From the human T2T-CHM13v2.0 reference genome, Homo sapiens: a stretch of DNA of 64,000 bases. Shown one piece after another: positions 1 to 12,831 of this stretch. Location: assembly GCF_009914755.1 (NCBI RefSeq), contig NC_060925.1, one strand, 5' to 3'. How positions within the stretch are numbered: position 1 is the first letter of the stretch; each line of letters begins with the position of its first letter. The position numbers and the translations under genes were made by a program. The notes under the pieces are model-generated. The model made no database searches, had not been told where the DNA came from, and worked only from the letters and a program-made list of their open reading frames with translations.

Positions 1-850
1 CATTTCAGGTAATGCTGCCGCCAAAAATGCAAAAACTGTCATTTAATCATGAGGAGCGACGGCAAGCACAAACTAAAATGCAGTCTATAAAATAAGGCCT
101 AATTCCTTTAAAAAAAAAAAGGTCAATTTTTTGAAAGACAAAGTGACAAAATGTACAAGATTAAGGGAAATTATAAAAACAATTACATACAAACTATTCT
201 AGATCTCTTTTCCAAAAAACAAAATACAAAGCATGATTCTGAGCTCTCTCTACCCTCTAAATTGAAATAAAGGACATTACTGGGATTTCAATAAGGTCTC
301 TAGGTTAGATAAAAGTCTTAATTTTCTTGATTTTTTATGATCACAAAGTGGTTTTGTAAGTGAATGTCCTTATTCTTAGAAGCAGCAATACTGAAATATT
401 TATGGGCTACAAAAGCATGATGGCTTATCATCAAATGGTTCAGAAAAAAAACTATTCTCAAATGGTTCTGAACAGACAATATGTGTTTGGGGTGTGTGTG
501 TGTATGTGTGTGAAGAGTAACAGTGATACACACAACAATTTGGATGAATTCCTAGAGAATTTTGCTGAGTAAAAAAGGTAATCCAAAAAGGTTACATACT
601 GCATAATTCCATTTATGAACATGTTTAAAATGACAAAATTCTTGCCAGGGGTTAAGGATGGGGCAGAAAGAAGGTAGGTATGGCTGTAACGGCAGCATGA
701 GGGATCCTGGTGGTGCTGACTGTACTAAAGGTTTGTCAGATCATCATACTGTGGGCAAACGTGCTAAAGGGGGTGGGATCTCTCTATTGCATCTTAACAA
801 CTGCATGTGGATCTTCAATTATATCAAAATTAAAATAACTAAGAAAAAAA
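1..850 (+). mobile_element. Degraded old L1 (L1MC/L1ME-like) 3' fragments
   Basis: atttaatcatgagg, tgtgaatgtccttattcttagaag and tactgcataattccatttat motifs. Confidence 0.45.
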
Positions 851-915
851 TATAACAAATAGCAAGTTGATAACTTTAAAAATACCAAACATTTTACTTG
901 TTATCAGAATCTTAC

Positions 916-1006
916 CTTCTGTTATCCATCTTCGGATATAACCAGTCAAAAGTCCCAGGGAACTAGTCTGAATTGCTGCTGACAATATAGCTTCTAACTG
1001 TTCTTC
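916..1006 (-). CDS. AHCTF1: AHCTF1 exon 13 ([13 protein letters not shown]...RRWITE); gene continues beyond window start
   Basis: ggtttag| acceptor, G|gtaaga donor, 91 nt; cumulative 1714 nt. Confidence 0.96.
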
Positions 1007-1119
1007 CTAAACCATGCATTACAGAAAGGAAAGAAATGGAAAGAAAGAGGGTGTGAGATCATAGGCAAGTTCTGGTTTAGAATTTAAAAATTTTAAGGCT
1101 AAAAAAATCAGTATGACCC

Positions 1120-1830
1120 ATAAGAAGGGCTATAATCAAAAGACAATAACAAGCATGGTAAGGACGTGTTAAAACTGGAACTCTCATACACTGCTGGTGG
1201 GAATGTAAAATGGAACAGCCACTCTGCAAAGCAGTTTGGCGGTTTCTCAGTATGCTAAACATAGACTTACCACACGACCCTCCAATTCCACACCTAGGTA
1301 TATACCAAAAAGAAACAAAAATACACGCCCAAACAAAAATTTCACATGAAGGTTCACAGCACCATTATTAATAGCCATAAAGTGGAAACAACACAAATGC
1401 CCATTAATTGTAGATAAACAAATTATGGTATGCTCATACAACAGAATATTATACAGCCATAAAAGGGGATGAAGTACTGATACTTGCTATAATACAGATG
1501 AACCTTGAAAACATGCTAAATGAGACAGTCACAAAAGACTTCATATTATTTGACCCATTTATATGAAATGTCTAGAATAGGTCAATCTATAAAGACAGGA
1601 AAGTAGATTAGTCATTATGTAAGGCTGGGTAGGATGGGGCAGGCAGGAAGGTAAGGGAAAAGGAGTGACTGTTTATGGGCATAGAACTTTCTTTAGAAGT
1701 AATAAAAATGTCCTAAAATGGAATGTGATGACAGTTGCAGAATTCTGTGAATTAAAATCACTGAACTGTACACTTGAAATATCTGAACTGCACGGTGTAT
1801 GAAATATCTCAATAAAGCTGATATTTTGAA
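1120..1830 (+). mobile_element. L1MB-type LINE-1 3' end fragment
   Basis: ctcatacactgctggtgggaatgtaaaatgg, ccaattccacacctaggtata and terminal aataaagctg are typical old-L1 3' motifs. Confidence 0.8.
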
Positions 1831-2112
1831 AATCACTGAGTCTGGTTTAATATCACAGGAACCTATTAATTTCATTCATTACAGGAGCAAATTAAAAGAT
1901 GTTCAAAAAGGAATCCCATGAATGTAAGTTGAACAGGCACAGAGGGAATTACATAATGGTCCACAAAACCTAAGAAGGCATGACTCTAAACGGAGACTCA
2001 CTGAAGCCATTTATATTTAATACCAGGGACAAAACAGAGACGTCTGCTACTAACATTATTACCTATAGTTTATAGAAGTTCTACCACATTGCAATGAGAA
2101 AACTCAGTAACT

Positions 2113-2403
2113 GGCCAGGCACAGTGGCTCACACCTGTAATCCCAGCACTTTGGGAGGCCGAGGAGGGCAGATCACTTGAGGTCAGGAGTTTGAGACCAG
2201 CCTGGCCAACATGGTGTAACTCTGTCTCTACTAAAAATAAAAAATTAGCCGGGTGTGGTGGCACACGCCTCTAGTTCCAGCTACTCAGGAGGCTGAGGCA
2301 GGAGAATCACCTGAACCCAGGAGGTTGGAGGTTGCAGTGAGCCAAGATCACGTCACTGCACTCCAGTCTGGGCAACAGACCGAGATGCTGTCTCAAAAAA
2401 AAT
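2113..2403 (+). mobile_element. AluS
   Basis: Full dimer with A tail. Confidence 0.95.
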
Positions 2404-2518
2404 AAAGGTAGTAACAAACAAATAAACGAAAAAAGTCTATTATTTGCTGATGGTTGCACACCTTGAAAGTTATGTAGATATCAAATAAATATACAAAAAT
2501 GAATTGCATTTTTCCATA

Positions 2519-2778
2519 TAGCCATGTGTTGCTTAATGATGGGGATACATTCCGATGAATGTTTCGTTAGGTGTTTCATTGTTGTGCAATCATGGTAAGA
2601 GCGTACTTACACAAACTTAGATGGTGTAGTCAACTACATATCAAGGCTATGTATATTGCTCCTAAGCTACAAACCTGTATAGCATGTTACTGTGCTGAAT
2701 ACTGTAAGCAACTGTAACACAATATGAAGTATACGTGTATTTAAACACAGAAAAGGTACAGTAAAAATACATTATTAC
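2519..2778 (+). mobile_element. Tigger3a/MER7A-like DNA transposon, truncated by an Alu
   Basis: gcttaatgatggggatacattc...ctacaaacctgtatagcatgttactgt...gaaaaggtacagtaaaaata. Confidence 0.8.
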
Positions 2779-3035
2779 AGGCTGGGCAAGGTGGCTCATG
2801 CCTGTAATTTCAGCACTTTGGGATGCCAAGGTGGGAGGGTAACTTGAGGCCTGGTGTTTAAGACCAGCCTAGGCAACATAGCGAGACCCTGTCTCTACCA
2901 AAAAAAAAAAGGGCTAAGCATAGTTGTGCCTGTCTGTAGTCCTAGCTACTTGCGGGGGCTGGGGTGGGAAGATCGCTTAAGCCCAAGAGGTTGAGGCTAC
3001 AATGAGCCATGACCATGCCACTGCATTCCAGCCTG
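2779..3035 (+). mobile_element. AluJ-like, tail missing
   Basis: Diverged dimer. Confidence 0.85.
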
Positions 3036-3288
3036 AGGCAGCCATGAGGTGTTTCCTGTCCTGTATCCTTCTATACAGCTAAGTCAACCTGCTGCCAAGT
3101 TATGGCCTATTGGGTATTAGGAATAGGAATTTTAAACCAAACCTAAGACCACAACTGCTGATCACCCAGAGTCAGCATTACACTACTTCACCTATTTTTG
3201 CAGAAATTATCTAATACATTTTTACTGTAATAGAAAGCTAATAATGTGATCCAACCAAAAGAAACAATAGAGTTAAAAATCATCTCAC

Positions 3289-3417
3289 TTGGCTTAAACT
3301 GGAAGGCTGAACATCAACAAATCTTGGGGAAAGAAGGCCAGCTACAAGACATCGATTATAACCATCAGGAATGAGTTCATTGAGTGATGGACCTGATTTC
3401 TTTAAAAAAGTCAAAGT
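3289..3417 (-). CDS. AHCTF1: AHCTF1 exon 12 ([12 protein letters not shown]...PSSLSQ)
   Basis: gttacag| acceptor, CAA|gtgaga donor, 129 nt. Confidence 0.96.
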
Positions 3418-3699
3418 CTGTAACAGATAAATTAGTAAGGCATCAATCAATGCTCAATTTGAATAATCAAATTTAAGATTAATTAATTACACTTAAAATT
3501 TAAGTAAAATTTAAAGATAGCAAGTGGAAATTATGAAAGACTATATTTCCTGCAAGAAACAGAGTTTATAGGTTCTTAAGCTTAACCAATGCTTGCTAGT
3601 TGTGAATACTACTATTAGCAAAAGGTAGCTTATATATTTTTATGAACTGTATAACCCTGCTGTCTTCTCTAAAGCTGACAGATTTGGTGACATCTTGAC

Positions 3700-3702
<3 letters not shown>

Positions 3703-3740
<38 letters not shown>
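3703..3740 (+). repeat. (AC)19 microsatellite in intron 11
   Basis: Read directly. Confidence 0.95.
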
Positions 3741-3743
<3 letters not shown>

Positions 3744-3857
3744 AAAACTCCTGCAGTCTACTCCTCTTTATCTAATGTGAAAGAGATTTGATATTAAGTA
3801 TAAATACAGCATTCATCCACATCTGGACGATTATCAATGAAAAGGTCTGCCACATCA

Positions 3858-4170
<313 letters not shown>

Positions 4171-4527
4171 CGAGAAAAGTATTTTTCAAAATTCTTTTTT
4201 TTTTTCCTGTGCCAGGCACTATACCACTGTGCTAGGTGCCTTCTTTGCATTACTTCATTTCCTCATAAGCTTTCTGAGGAGACAGAAAGCTTGAGGTTCA
4301 CGTAGCTAGCATCTACATAAATTAGTTGCTAAAAACATACAATACGTCTTCCGGCAGGCTGTCATTAGTAACTGATACTACTAGTTGATAATCTCATAAA
4401 CCTAGCAGAAGCTACCATTTAAGCTGAAACAACTGTCAATATCACTAAGTAAAACTTAAATCCATAAATCAACTATATTCTAAGATCTGACTTCAGTTCA
4501 ATTAAGAAATCACTAGTTGTTACCTAC

Positions 4528-4589
4528 CTCCTTCTGAAAGCCAGTACAAGTTAAATGAACAACTCCCGAGTTTAACAAACAAGTGGCAT
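4528..4589 (-). CDS. AHCTF1: AHCTF1 exon 11 (DATCLLNSGVVHLTCTGFQKE)
   Basis: tttttttag| acceptor, GAG|gtaggt donor, 62 nt (cumulative 498 codons, near the end of the N-terminal beta-propeller). Confidence 0.95.
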
Positions 4590-5139
4590 CTAAAAAAAAG
4601 ATTTAAAAAATAATCCACTTACATATATTTAAAATGGCATTAATAGAACAAAATTTATCCAATAACAGACTGCAAGGCAAGGTGTCAAATTATTACATGT
4701 AATAAATCTTTAAATAAACTTTTCTAGGTATTTTCATCCTAAGAATAGATAACAAACCTATTACACAGCAAAACAAGAAAAAAGCAAAAAACAAAACCCA
4801 AAAAACTCCAAGCACAGCTGAGAAACACAGCAAAAAAAATAAAAGCTACTATAAAATGCACCAGATGTGAAACAGTTAATATCTTTCCTAGCAAGTTCAA
4901 AATAAGTCATAATTCCTTTATAAAACATATAAATACTAAATATCTCCAAGTCATAATTCCTTTATAAAACATAAATACTAAATTTCTTGTGTGTATATAT
5001 TAATTTCCTAAGTTATCCATATGTTAACTAACAGTGAGATACAAACAGATAACACTAAATGAATAAACTACACAACGTATACATTTACATACTTTTGTGC
5101 ATTACTTTTCTTAAGAGGTAATGTTAAGGAAATACATAC

Positions 5140-5321
5140 CAAAATTATAAGTGCTTGGATTAAAAAACTGCTCGGGAGGTGGATATGAAGGAGGGACTCC
5201 TCTATTTAAACTTCTCTCATGTACTAATATATCCAAGATGCCATGTGGAGAAGTCCTACTTACAACAGACTCCAATGACCACAGTGCAAAATAAGAGCAA
5301 TTATGTAGATATTCTCCTGAC
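5140..5321 (-). CDS. AHCTF1: AHCTF1 exon 10 ([11 protein letters not shown]...PSTYNF)
   Basis: tttcttttag| acceptor, G|gtatgt donor, 182 nt; preceded by a 90-nt intron (5322-5411). Confidence 0.96.
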
Positions 5322-5411
5322 CTAAAAGAAAATTTAAAACATTACTAAGTCATTGGTCAGCTACACATACAAATACAAAGAGAAAGGAGAGAGAAAAAAA
5401 AAGAATCATAC

Positions 5412-5544
5412 CTTAACGAATCTGGCATTTGTGCATGATACCAACGATTTATATCAAAAAGCCCCAAATATACAGAAGGCTTTCCCTGTCCATATATATT
5501 CACCTGCCAGGTAAAGACTGAAACACTAGTGTCAGGCGATAGAG
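5412..5544 (-). CDS. AHCTF1: AHCTF1 exon 9 ([13 protein letters not shown]...MPDSL)
   Basis: tttcttccag| acceptor, AG|gtatga donor, 133 nt. Confidence 0.96.
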
Positions 5545-6132
5545 CTGGAAGAAAAAGATAATTTTTAAAAACAGAATAAAGAATCTCAAAGTAAAATCAC
5601 CTCAACAGAATTATAGCAAGATTTTCTCATAAATTAAGCGGTTTAATTCATATTTCACTTGATTCATCAAAACGCATTTCTATCATTTGTATGTAAGACC
5701 AGATTCATTCACTTGCATTTTGACTGTTTCTCAATTTTAAGGCCTTATTAAAAAGTAGTCACTCATCAGAAGTTATATCCTTGCTTGTTTTCAGTTAATA
5801 CTTGAGCAACGTTGAGGTATTAGAGGCAGAAAGTACAAAATGATTTGAATGAACAGTCTCTCTCGCAAGGACGGTACGGAGCTAGTACTAGAGAAGTTAA
5901 TTCACTACCTAAAACGGATGCCTTTGGGCATTAAGGCTTTATTATGATGAACCTTAGCTGAGAAGGACTTATCCAGTTATAAGGTAAAGAGAGAAAAAGA
6001 AAAGTGCTTGGATGGTGCCTGTGGAATGGAAAGACAGGAATAGAGTAAGAGACATCAACAGGAGAAGAAGAAAGTAAAAATCTGAAACACTACTATAAGG
6101 AAATAGGAAGAATGGGGAATAAGAGAGAGCAT

Positions 6133-6920
6133 GGCCAGGTGCAGTGGCTCACACTTGTAATCCCAGCACTTTGGAAGGCCAGGTGGGCAGATCAATTGAG
6201 CCCAGAAATTCGAGACCAGCCCAGGCAACACAGCAAAAACCTCATCTCTACAAAAAAATACAAAAATTAGCCGGGCATTGTGGCATGCACCTGTAGTCCC
6301 AGCTACTCAGGAGGCTGAGGTGGGAGGATCGCTTGAACCTGGGAAGCAGAGGTTGCAGTGAGACGAGATCATGCAAGTGCACTCCAGCCTGGGCGACAGT
6401 GAGACCCTGTCTCTAAAAAAACAAAAACAGGCCAGGTGCGGTGGCTCACGCCTGTAATCCCAGCACTTGGGGAGGCCGAGGCGGGTGGATCATGAGGTCA
6501 GGAGATGGCTAACACGGTGAAACCCTGTCTCTACTAAATATACAAAAAATTAGCTGGGCATGGTGGCGGGTGCTTGTAGCCCCAGCTACTTAGGGGGCTG
6601 AAGCAGGAGAATGGCATGAACCCCGGAGGCGGAGCTTGCAGTGAGCTGAGATCGTGCAACTGCACTGGACAGAGCGAGACTCCATCTCAAAAAAACAAAA
6701 CAAAAAAAAACAAAACACCCTGTCACTACAAAAAATACAAAAATTAGCCAGGTGTGGTGGTGTGTGCCGGCAGTCCCAGTTACTTGGGAGACCGAGATGG
6801 GAGAATTGGTTGAGCCCAGAAGGTCAAGGCTGCAACCAGCCAAGATCGTGCCACCACACTCTGGCCTGGACTGGCCTGGGCATCAGAGTGAGACCCCTGT
6901 CTCTAAATAAATAAACAAAT
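6133..6920 (+). mobile_element. Cluster of three same-strand Alus (6133-6425, 6430-6715, partial 6716-6920)
   Basis: Consecutive Alu bodies inserted in A-rich tails. Confidence 0.9.
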
Positions 6921-7599
6921 AAAAACTTTAAAAAGACGTGAGCTCATGACAACATGTGCTTTTCACATATTTAACTGGATCTGAAACCTGGATCAGAAAT
7001 ACAGATACAGGCCCTAGCAAAAAGGGCATTTCTGGGATGGGTAAGTTCGCTGTGTGATTTAATCCTCACAACTACCCTTTGCAAAAGGTCTAACTAGGAT
7101 CCCACTTACAGATGGAGAAACAGAGCTCTGAAATGTTAAGCAATTTGTCAAAGGTCATCACTAGTGATAGGGCTGGATTACGATAATCTTGGCTTAAAAA
7201 ACCGATGCAAAAAAAACTGCCAGGAAAAAGCGATGACACTAAAGGAGACAGAGAAAACATTCAAGACAACCAAGGCATGTATGCCATACATGGCTCAAAA
7301 AATACACGGGTAAACTTCATTCAAAGACTACTCACACTAGTTCAGACTAGGGATCGCCTGTTTTGAGAACTAGATTAAAATAAAAGGGTCCTTCATTACC
7401 CTAATCTATTTTATTGTTTAGTTATACATAGCAATCTGGAGAGCAAGAAATATCTAGTATCTCATATAGAACTGAATAAATTCCGTTAATTACTATTCCA
7501 ATTTTCTGAACTGCCAGGAGTATGAAATCTAGAAAATAACACCTGTCATAAATTTTAAATCCAGCCTTCACATGACATATTTCAAGTACTTTAACTAAC

Positions 7600-7750
7600 C
7601 TTCATTCACGCCTTCCTCCCTGTCACCATGAGATCGAAATTTCTCTATACTCTGGCATCCCAACAATTTGGTATTACTCGTCTGTCCCCTCAAAGGGAAC
7701 ATGCCACCTGTCAGGTCCAGGGTGTATCTTTCTTCACAGTATTCTAACCC
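7600..7750 (-). CDS. AHCTF1: AHCTF1 exon 8 ([12 protein letters not shown]...EEGVNE)
   Basis: gttacag| acceptor, G|gttagt donor, 151 nt. Confidence 0.96.
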
Positions 7751-8623
7751 CTGTAACATAAAATACACGCAAATATTAATCTGATTCTAGGCAAAAAGTC
7801 ACTCTAAAATTAAATATTCTCCAAATTTAAAGATTGTTCACACAATACAAAGAAAACAATTTAGACTGAAGAGAACCAATCATGGAAAAAGGCTCTAAAA
7901 TTTTACATACTTTAAAACAAATAAAAAGTGAGATTTAGTCTCTCAAAAATAATTACCAACAAGTCTTCTAAAGTTATTTAACACAGAAGCCCTCATGCAC
8001 TACTGGTTGGTATGTAAACTGGAATAACCATCAAAATTATATATGCATATATCTCAGACCAGCAATACTATACCTGTGTTCTCACAGAAATTCTTGCTCT
8101 AGAATAGTTCTTAGACTTTTAGCTTATTGATACCTTTAAGAATCTGACAAAAGGCTATGAGACTTCGCCCATAAAAATGCAACACATAATTCAGGGCCTT
8201 TACTGATTCCCTGAAACCCGTTTCTATACGCCTCCAACATTAGGTTCAGAAAAGTCGGTTCTAGAGACAGGTATGTGAGGGTGAACAAAATACAGCTATT
8301 AGCAGCACCCCTCCGATCTCCTCAGGAATTCAGCCAGATAAATAGGCAGCCATCTAAAAGCCCAGACGCGTATGTCCTCTTATAAAAATCACCCTATGGC
8401 TTAATGCTTGATATGTTAGAGCAACAAAGTGGAATTATTTTTCCTGGGTACCAATTAAGCCACAAGCTTGAATCTAGTCCAGTCCCCTCATTGTAGAGGA
8501 AAACGGTATCTGAGAAGTTAAGAATGCTACCTGGGTAAATAGGTAAAACAGATCTCTAATTTAAATTACTTCTACTACATTATGAATACAATATTAACTT
8601 CAATATAAGAATCGCTTTTCACA

Positions 8624-8927
8624 GCCAGGTGCGGTGGCTCACACCTGTAATCCCAGCACTTTGGGAGTTCGAGGTGGGTGGATCACGAGGTCAGGAGTTC
8701 AAGACCAGCCTGGCCAAGATGGTGAGACCCCCCCCCCCCGTCTCTGCTAAATATACAAAAAAATTAGCCAGGCGTGGTGGCGGGCACCTGTAATCCCAGC
8801 TACTCCAGAGGCTGAGGCAGAGAATTGCTTGAATCCGGGTGGCGGAGGTTGCAGTGAGCCAAGATTGCACCACTGCACTCCAGCCTGGGCAACAGAGCGA
8901 GACTCTGTCTCAAAAAAAAAAAAAAAA
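8624..8927 (+). mobile_element. AluS with expanded internal C12 run (8728-8739)
   Basis: Dimer; gagacccccccccccccgtctc. Confidence 0.93.
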
Positions 8928-9021
8928 GAATCACTTTTCAATATCTTAAAACAAAGACAACATATTTAAAATAGAAAACAACAAAATGGTAATATAAACC
9001 CATAGTCCAATGACCATTTAC

Positions 9022-9106
9022 CTCATATAAGATTTGTCCTGATGCCAAACACTTTCTATTACCAAAGGCCAGCTGCAGCAGATGCAAACTCAAAACATCC
9101 CCTTCA
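9022..9106 (-). CDS. AHCTF1: AHCTF1 exon 7 ([12 protein letters not shown]...GQILYE)
   Basis: ctgtttcag| acceptor, GAG|gtaaat donor, 85 nt (cumulative 966 nt = 322 codons). Confidence 0.96.
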
Positions 9107-10290
9107 CTGAAACAGAAATTAACGAAGACACGCTAAATATATTAATACATTAAACATCTCTTACTGTCCAAGTAAGTTTAGTTTGCTTGCAATGTTGAGT
9201 GCATGTGACAAAACTAAAATCACTGTGAAAAATTTAGTTTTCGGTAATTTTTATAAAAATGTAGTCCTTTGAAATAATAATTGATATTTATTATTGATTC
9301 TAATCAACTAAATCGATGCTGTTTGCATACTGTAGGAGATATCTTATGTAGCAAAGACTGATTACTCAATATTCTTTCTCAAATATTCCTTCCTCAATGG
9401 TTATACTCTACTTAAACACATGGTTGCCTAAAGTTCTATAACATCTCCCAGCTTCCTTTGCAGCTAAGTGCAGTACCCTGTGGTAAAGTTGTGGCCAGGA
9501 TGTAAACAGAATTATCCCATAGTAACCTCACAGAACCTTCCTTAATAAACAAAATATCCTTTATGCCTTCATCCTGGTCTCTTCCTCCATCTTGCTATTT
9601 TTACTTAAAATGTAGAGGTTCAAAGGACAATGCGGAGTATGGGAAGGAGAAAGGGCAGTTGGGGGAAGGGTGGGGAAAAAATTTTTTTAAAATATGGATG
9701 TTGCCCTCGACCATGAGAGGCCTATCAAGACACAAAGTGAAGATACTAAATCAACCCTGTAGTGAACTCAAGCACGAAGCATGCAGTAAGTGTTAAGAGC
9801 ATAGATTCCAGAGCCACATCATCTGAATCTGAATTTTACTACTAGTTGATCCCTTTTAATAATTCCTATTACTAGTTCTTATTTCTTTTACTTGGCTTCT
9901 AGCACACCACACCTTCCTAATATTCCTCATACCACACTATTCACTCCTTAGTCCTTTGCTGAGTACCCACCCAGCTCTCTTGTTCTCAATCTCCAAGTAT
10001 ATTTGAAGAATAAGAGAGCAGGGTACTGAGATTGAGAACAAGAGAGCAGGGTACTTAGAAGGTTCCAAGGCTCTCAATCTGTGAAAAACATTCAAGTAAG
10101 TCCGCACAATTTCTTCTGATAACTCAGAATTATTCAAGCATGTAGAAACAACCATTTAACTTTTAAAATAATTTCAACTACTACTCACTAATTCACTGAA
10201 AGAATTGTGTTGCCTTCACTAAAAAAGACTACATAACTACATAGACTACCTGTTCTATTTTTGACTAATTTTTAAAGATTGTATGTATCA

Positions 10291-10596
10291 GGCCAGGCGT
10301 GGTGACTCACACCTGTAATCCCAGCACTTTGGGAGGCTGAGGCGGGCAGATCATGAGGTCAGGAGTTCAAGACCAGCCTGGCCAACATGGTGAAACCCCG
10401 TCTCTACTGAAAATATAAAAATTAGCCAGGCATGGTGGCAGGCACCTGTAGTCCCAGCTACTCGGGAGGCTGAGCGAGAGAATGGCATGAATCCGGGAGG
10501 CGGAGGTTGCAGTGAGCCGAAATCACGCCACTGCACTCCAGCCTGGACAACAGAGTGAGACTCTGTCTCCAAAAAAACAAAACAAAACAAAACAAA
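10291..10596 (+). mobile_element. AluS with (AAAAC)n tail ending ~17 nt from the exon 6 donor
   Basis: Dimer; degenerate TSD aaagattgtatg / aaagtttgtatg. Confidence 0.93.
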
Positions 10597-10613
10597 GTTT
10601 GTATGAGACCTAC

Positions 10614-10730
10614 CTATCTTGTGTAGACTGAACAGCCCACAAGTAACAGCAATTCCGAGGATCATTCTCAGGTTCTTGAAAAGTGACAGCATATACAGGA
10701 ACTTGTCCACTTTCCAATTGTATGTAATAT
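10614..10730 (-). CDS. AHCTF1: AHCTF1 exon 6 ([12 protein letters not shown]...VQSTQD)
   Basis: tttgtttcag| acceptor, AG|gtaggt donor, 117 nt. Confidence 0.96.
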
Positions 10731-11370
10731 CTGAAACAAATTAGTATATTTCATATTTTTAAGTTATTTTTTAGAAAGGAAAAAGGTACATCATGTAAGA
10801 ACTTGGGTTAGGCAACCACTGTTCCTACACTTCCCCAGAATAAGTGATCTGTGGGCCATGGCCAAGTCATCTTATCTGCAAAAATACACACGGCACAAGA
10901 CATCAAGACTATGGTCATGGCACCCATCCCCCAGAGACAGAACTGGGAAGACTCAGATGCAGTCAAGCGGATGCATTTATGTGTGCGTGTAACTGGTCCT
11001 AAGAGTCATATTCAATGCCCAAGAGGTAGAACTGGGGAGTGTTAGAATTACTCAAGTGGATGCATTCATGTCTGTGTAAACTGGTCCTAAGAGTCATATT
11101 TGATGTACACTCCTACATACTGCTCAACCATAAAAGATGCCCTACAAAGAGACGAGATACTGCCACGAGACTTTTCAGCTGTTTGGGTTTAGCATCAGTT
11201 TCCCCACTACTACAACAGAAGATGAGTTAGAAACTGAAGAGTTCCCATAAACTGCTAAAAAAGCAAAAATTGACCAAGAGATGATAGTGTTAGAGAAAGC
11301 ACTGCTGTAGAAGCCAGGTACTGCAGGTATTTCTTTAGGAGCAAATTCAAAGACGAGCTGACAAACTGGC

Positions 11371-11734
<364 letters not shown>

Positions 11735-12033
11735 TCAATAAAATATACCAGTATGCCTCAGGAAAAATGGAGAAACAAATAAATTGACAACTTAAGGGCC
11801 AAATAGGCATCTATTTAACGCTTAACACAAATTAACTTAGCTACAAAGTATCAATATAATTATATTTTGGGGACTTTTTGACAGCAGAAAAAATTTAAAA
11901 CACAAGTATTTTGTAACTTTGATTTTTAAAAATCCTTTTTTTTCCCTCTCAACTGAGAATTCTTTATTAAGCTGTTACTTTACACAGATGATGATTAGGA
12001 AGGTACTTCTGAAAGAACTCATATTATACAAAC

Positions 12034-12386
12034 ACAGCCATGTGTCACTTAACAAAAGGGGATCTGTTCTGAGAAATGCTCGTCAGGGATTCAGTCATTG
12101 TGCAAACATCATACAGTCTAGTAACACAAACCTAGATGAGATAGCCTACTATATACCTAGGCTAGATGGTATAGCCTGTTGCTCTTAGTCTACTAACCTG
12201 TACAGCATGTTACTGTATGGAATACTGCAGGCAACTATAACACAATGGTATCTTAAACATTAAAAAGGTACAATCAAAATACAGTAAAATTTTATGAGAC
12301 CCCTTTCTTACATAAGGACTGTTGTTGACCAAAACGTTGTAAAGTTACAAAGTCATGCTTTACTAGCATGTTAAACACATGACTGT
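12034..12386 (+). mobile_element. Tigger3a/MER7A-like element, near full length
   Basis: cagccatgtgtcacttaac ... catgactg terminal inverted repeats; MER7 core. Confidence 0.85.
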
Positions 12387-12623
12387 AATGCCTTTTAAAT
12401 AAACACTGAAAAAAAATAAAGCTAAATTCATGTGCTAAGTCACTCCTTTATGGTATTCACATTGATTTAATGCCATGAAAAATTAGTCATCTCAATCATT
12501 CATTCAATCATTAATCTACCCACCCTTTTCTCACTATGCTAACTTTCAAATATTAGTAAATGAGTACAAGCTATATGCAAAAAAACTACCTATAATCAAA
12601 TAAGGGAAAAAAGTTATACTTAC

Positions 12624-12831
12624 TCTCTTTTCATGCTTTTCATGTTCCAAAGTGCTAGATAGCCATCAGAAAAACCTACAGCAAGCTGATTTGTCCTGCT
12701 TATGTAACTAAGAGTTGAAACAGCTGTTCCTGTTGGACTTACTAACTGGAAACACAGATGGCGCCCTTGTCTCATTACACTTTCTCTAATGTGTGGTACT
12801 TCAGCTGGGATACCAGTTAGAACTTCAAGAT
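12624..12831 (-). CDS. AHCTF1: AHCTF1 exon 5 ([12 protein letters not shown]...MKSMKRE)
   Basis: gttttag| acceptor, GA|gtaagt donor, 208 nt; overlaps ORF-track entry 12620-12841. Confidence 0.97.
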
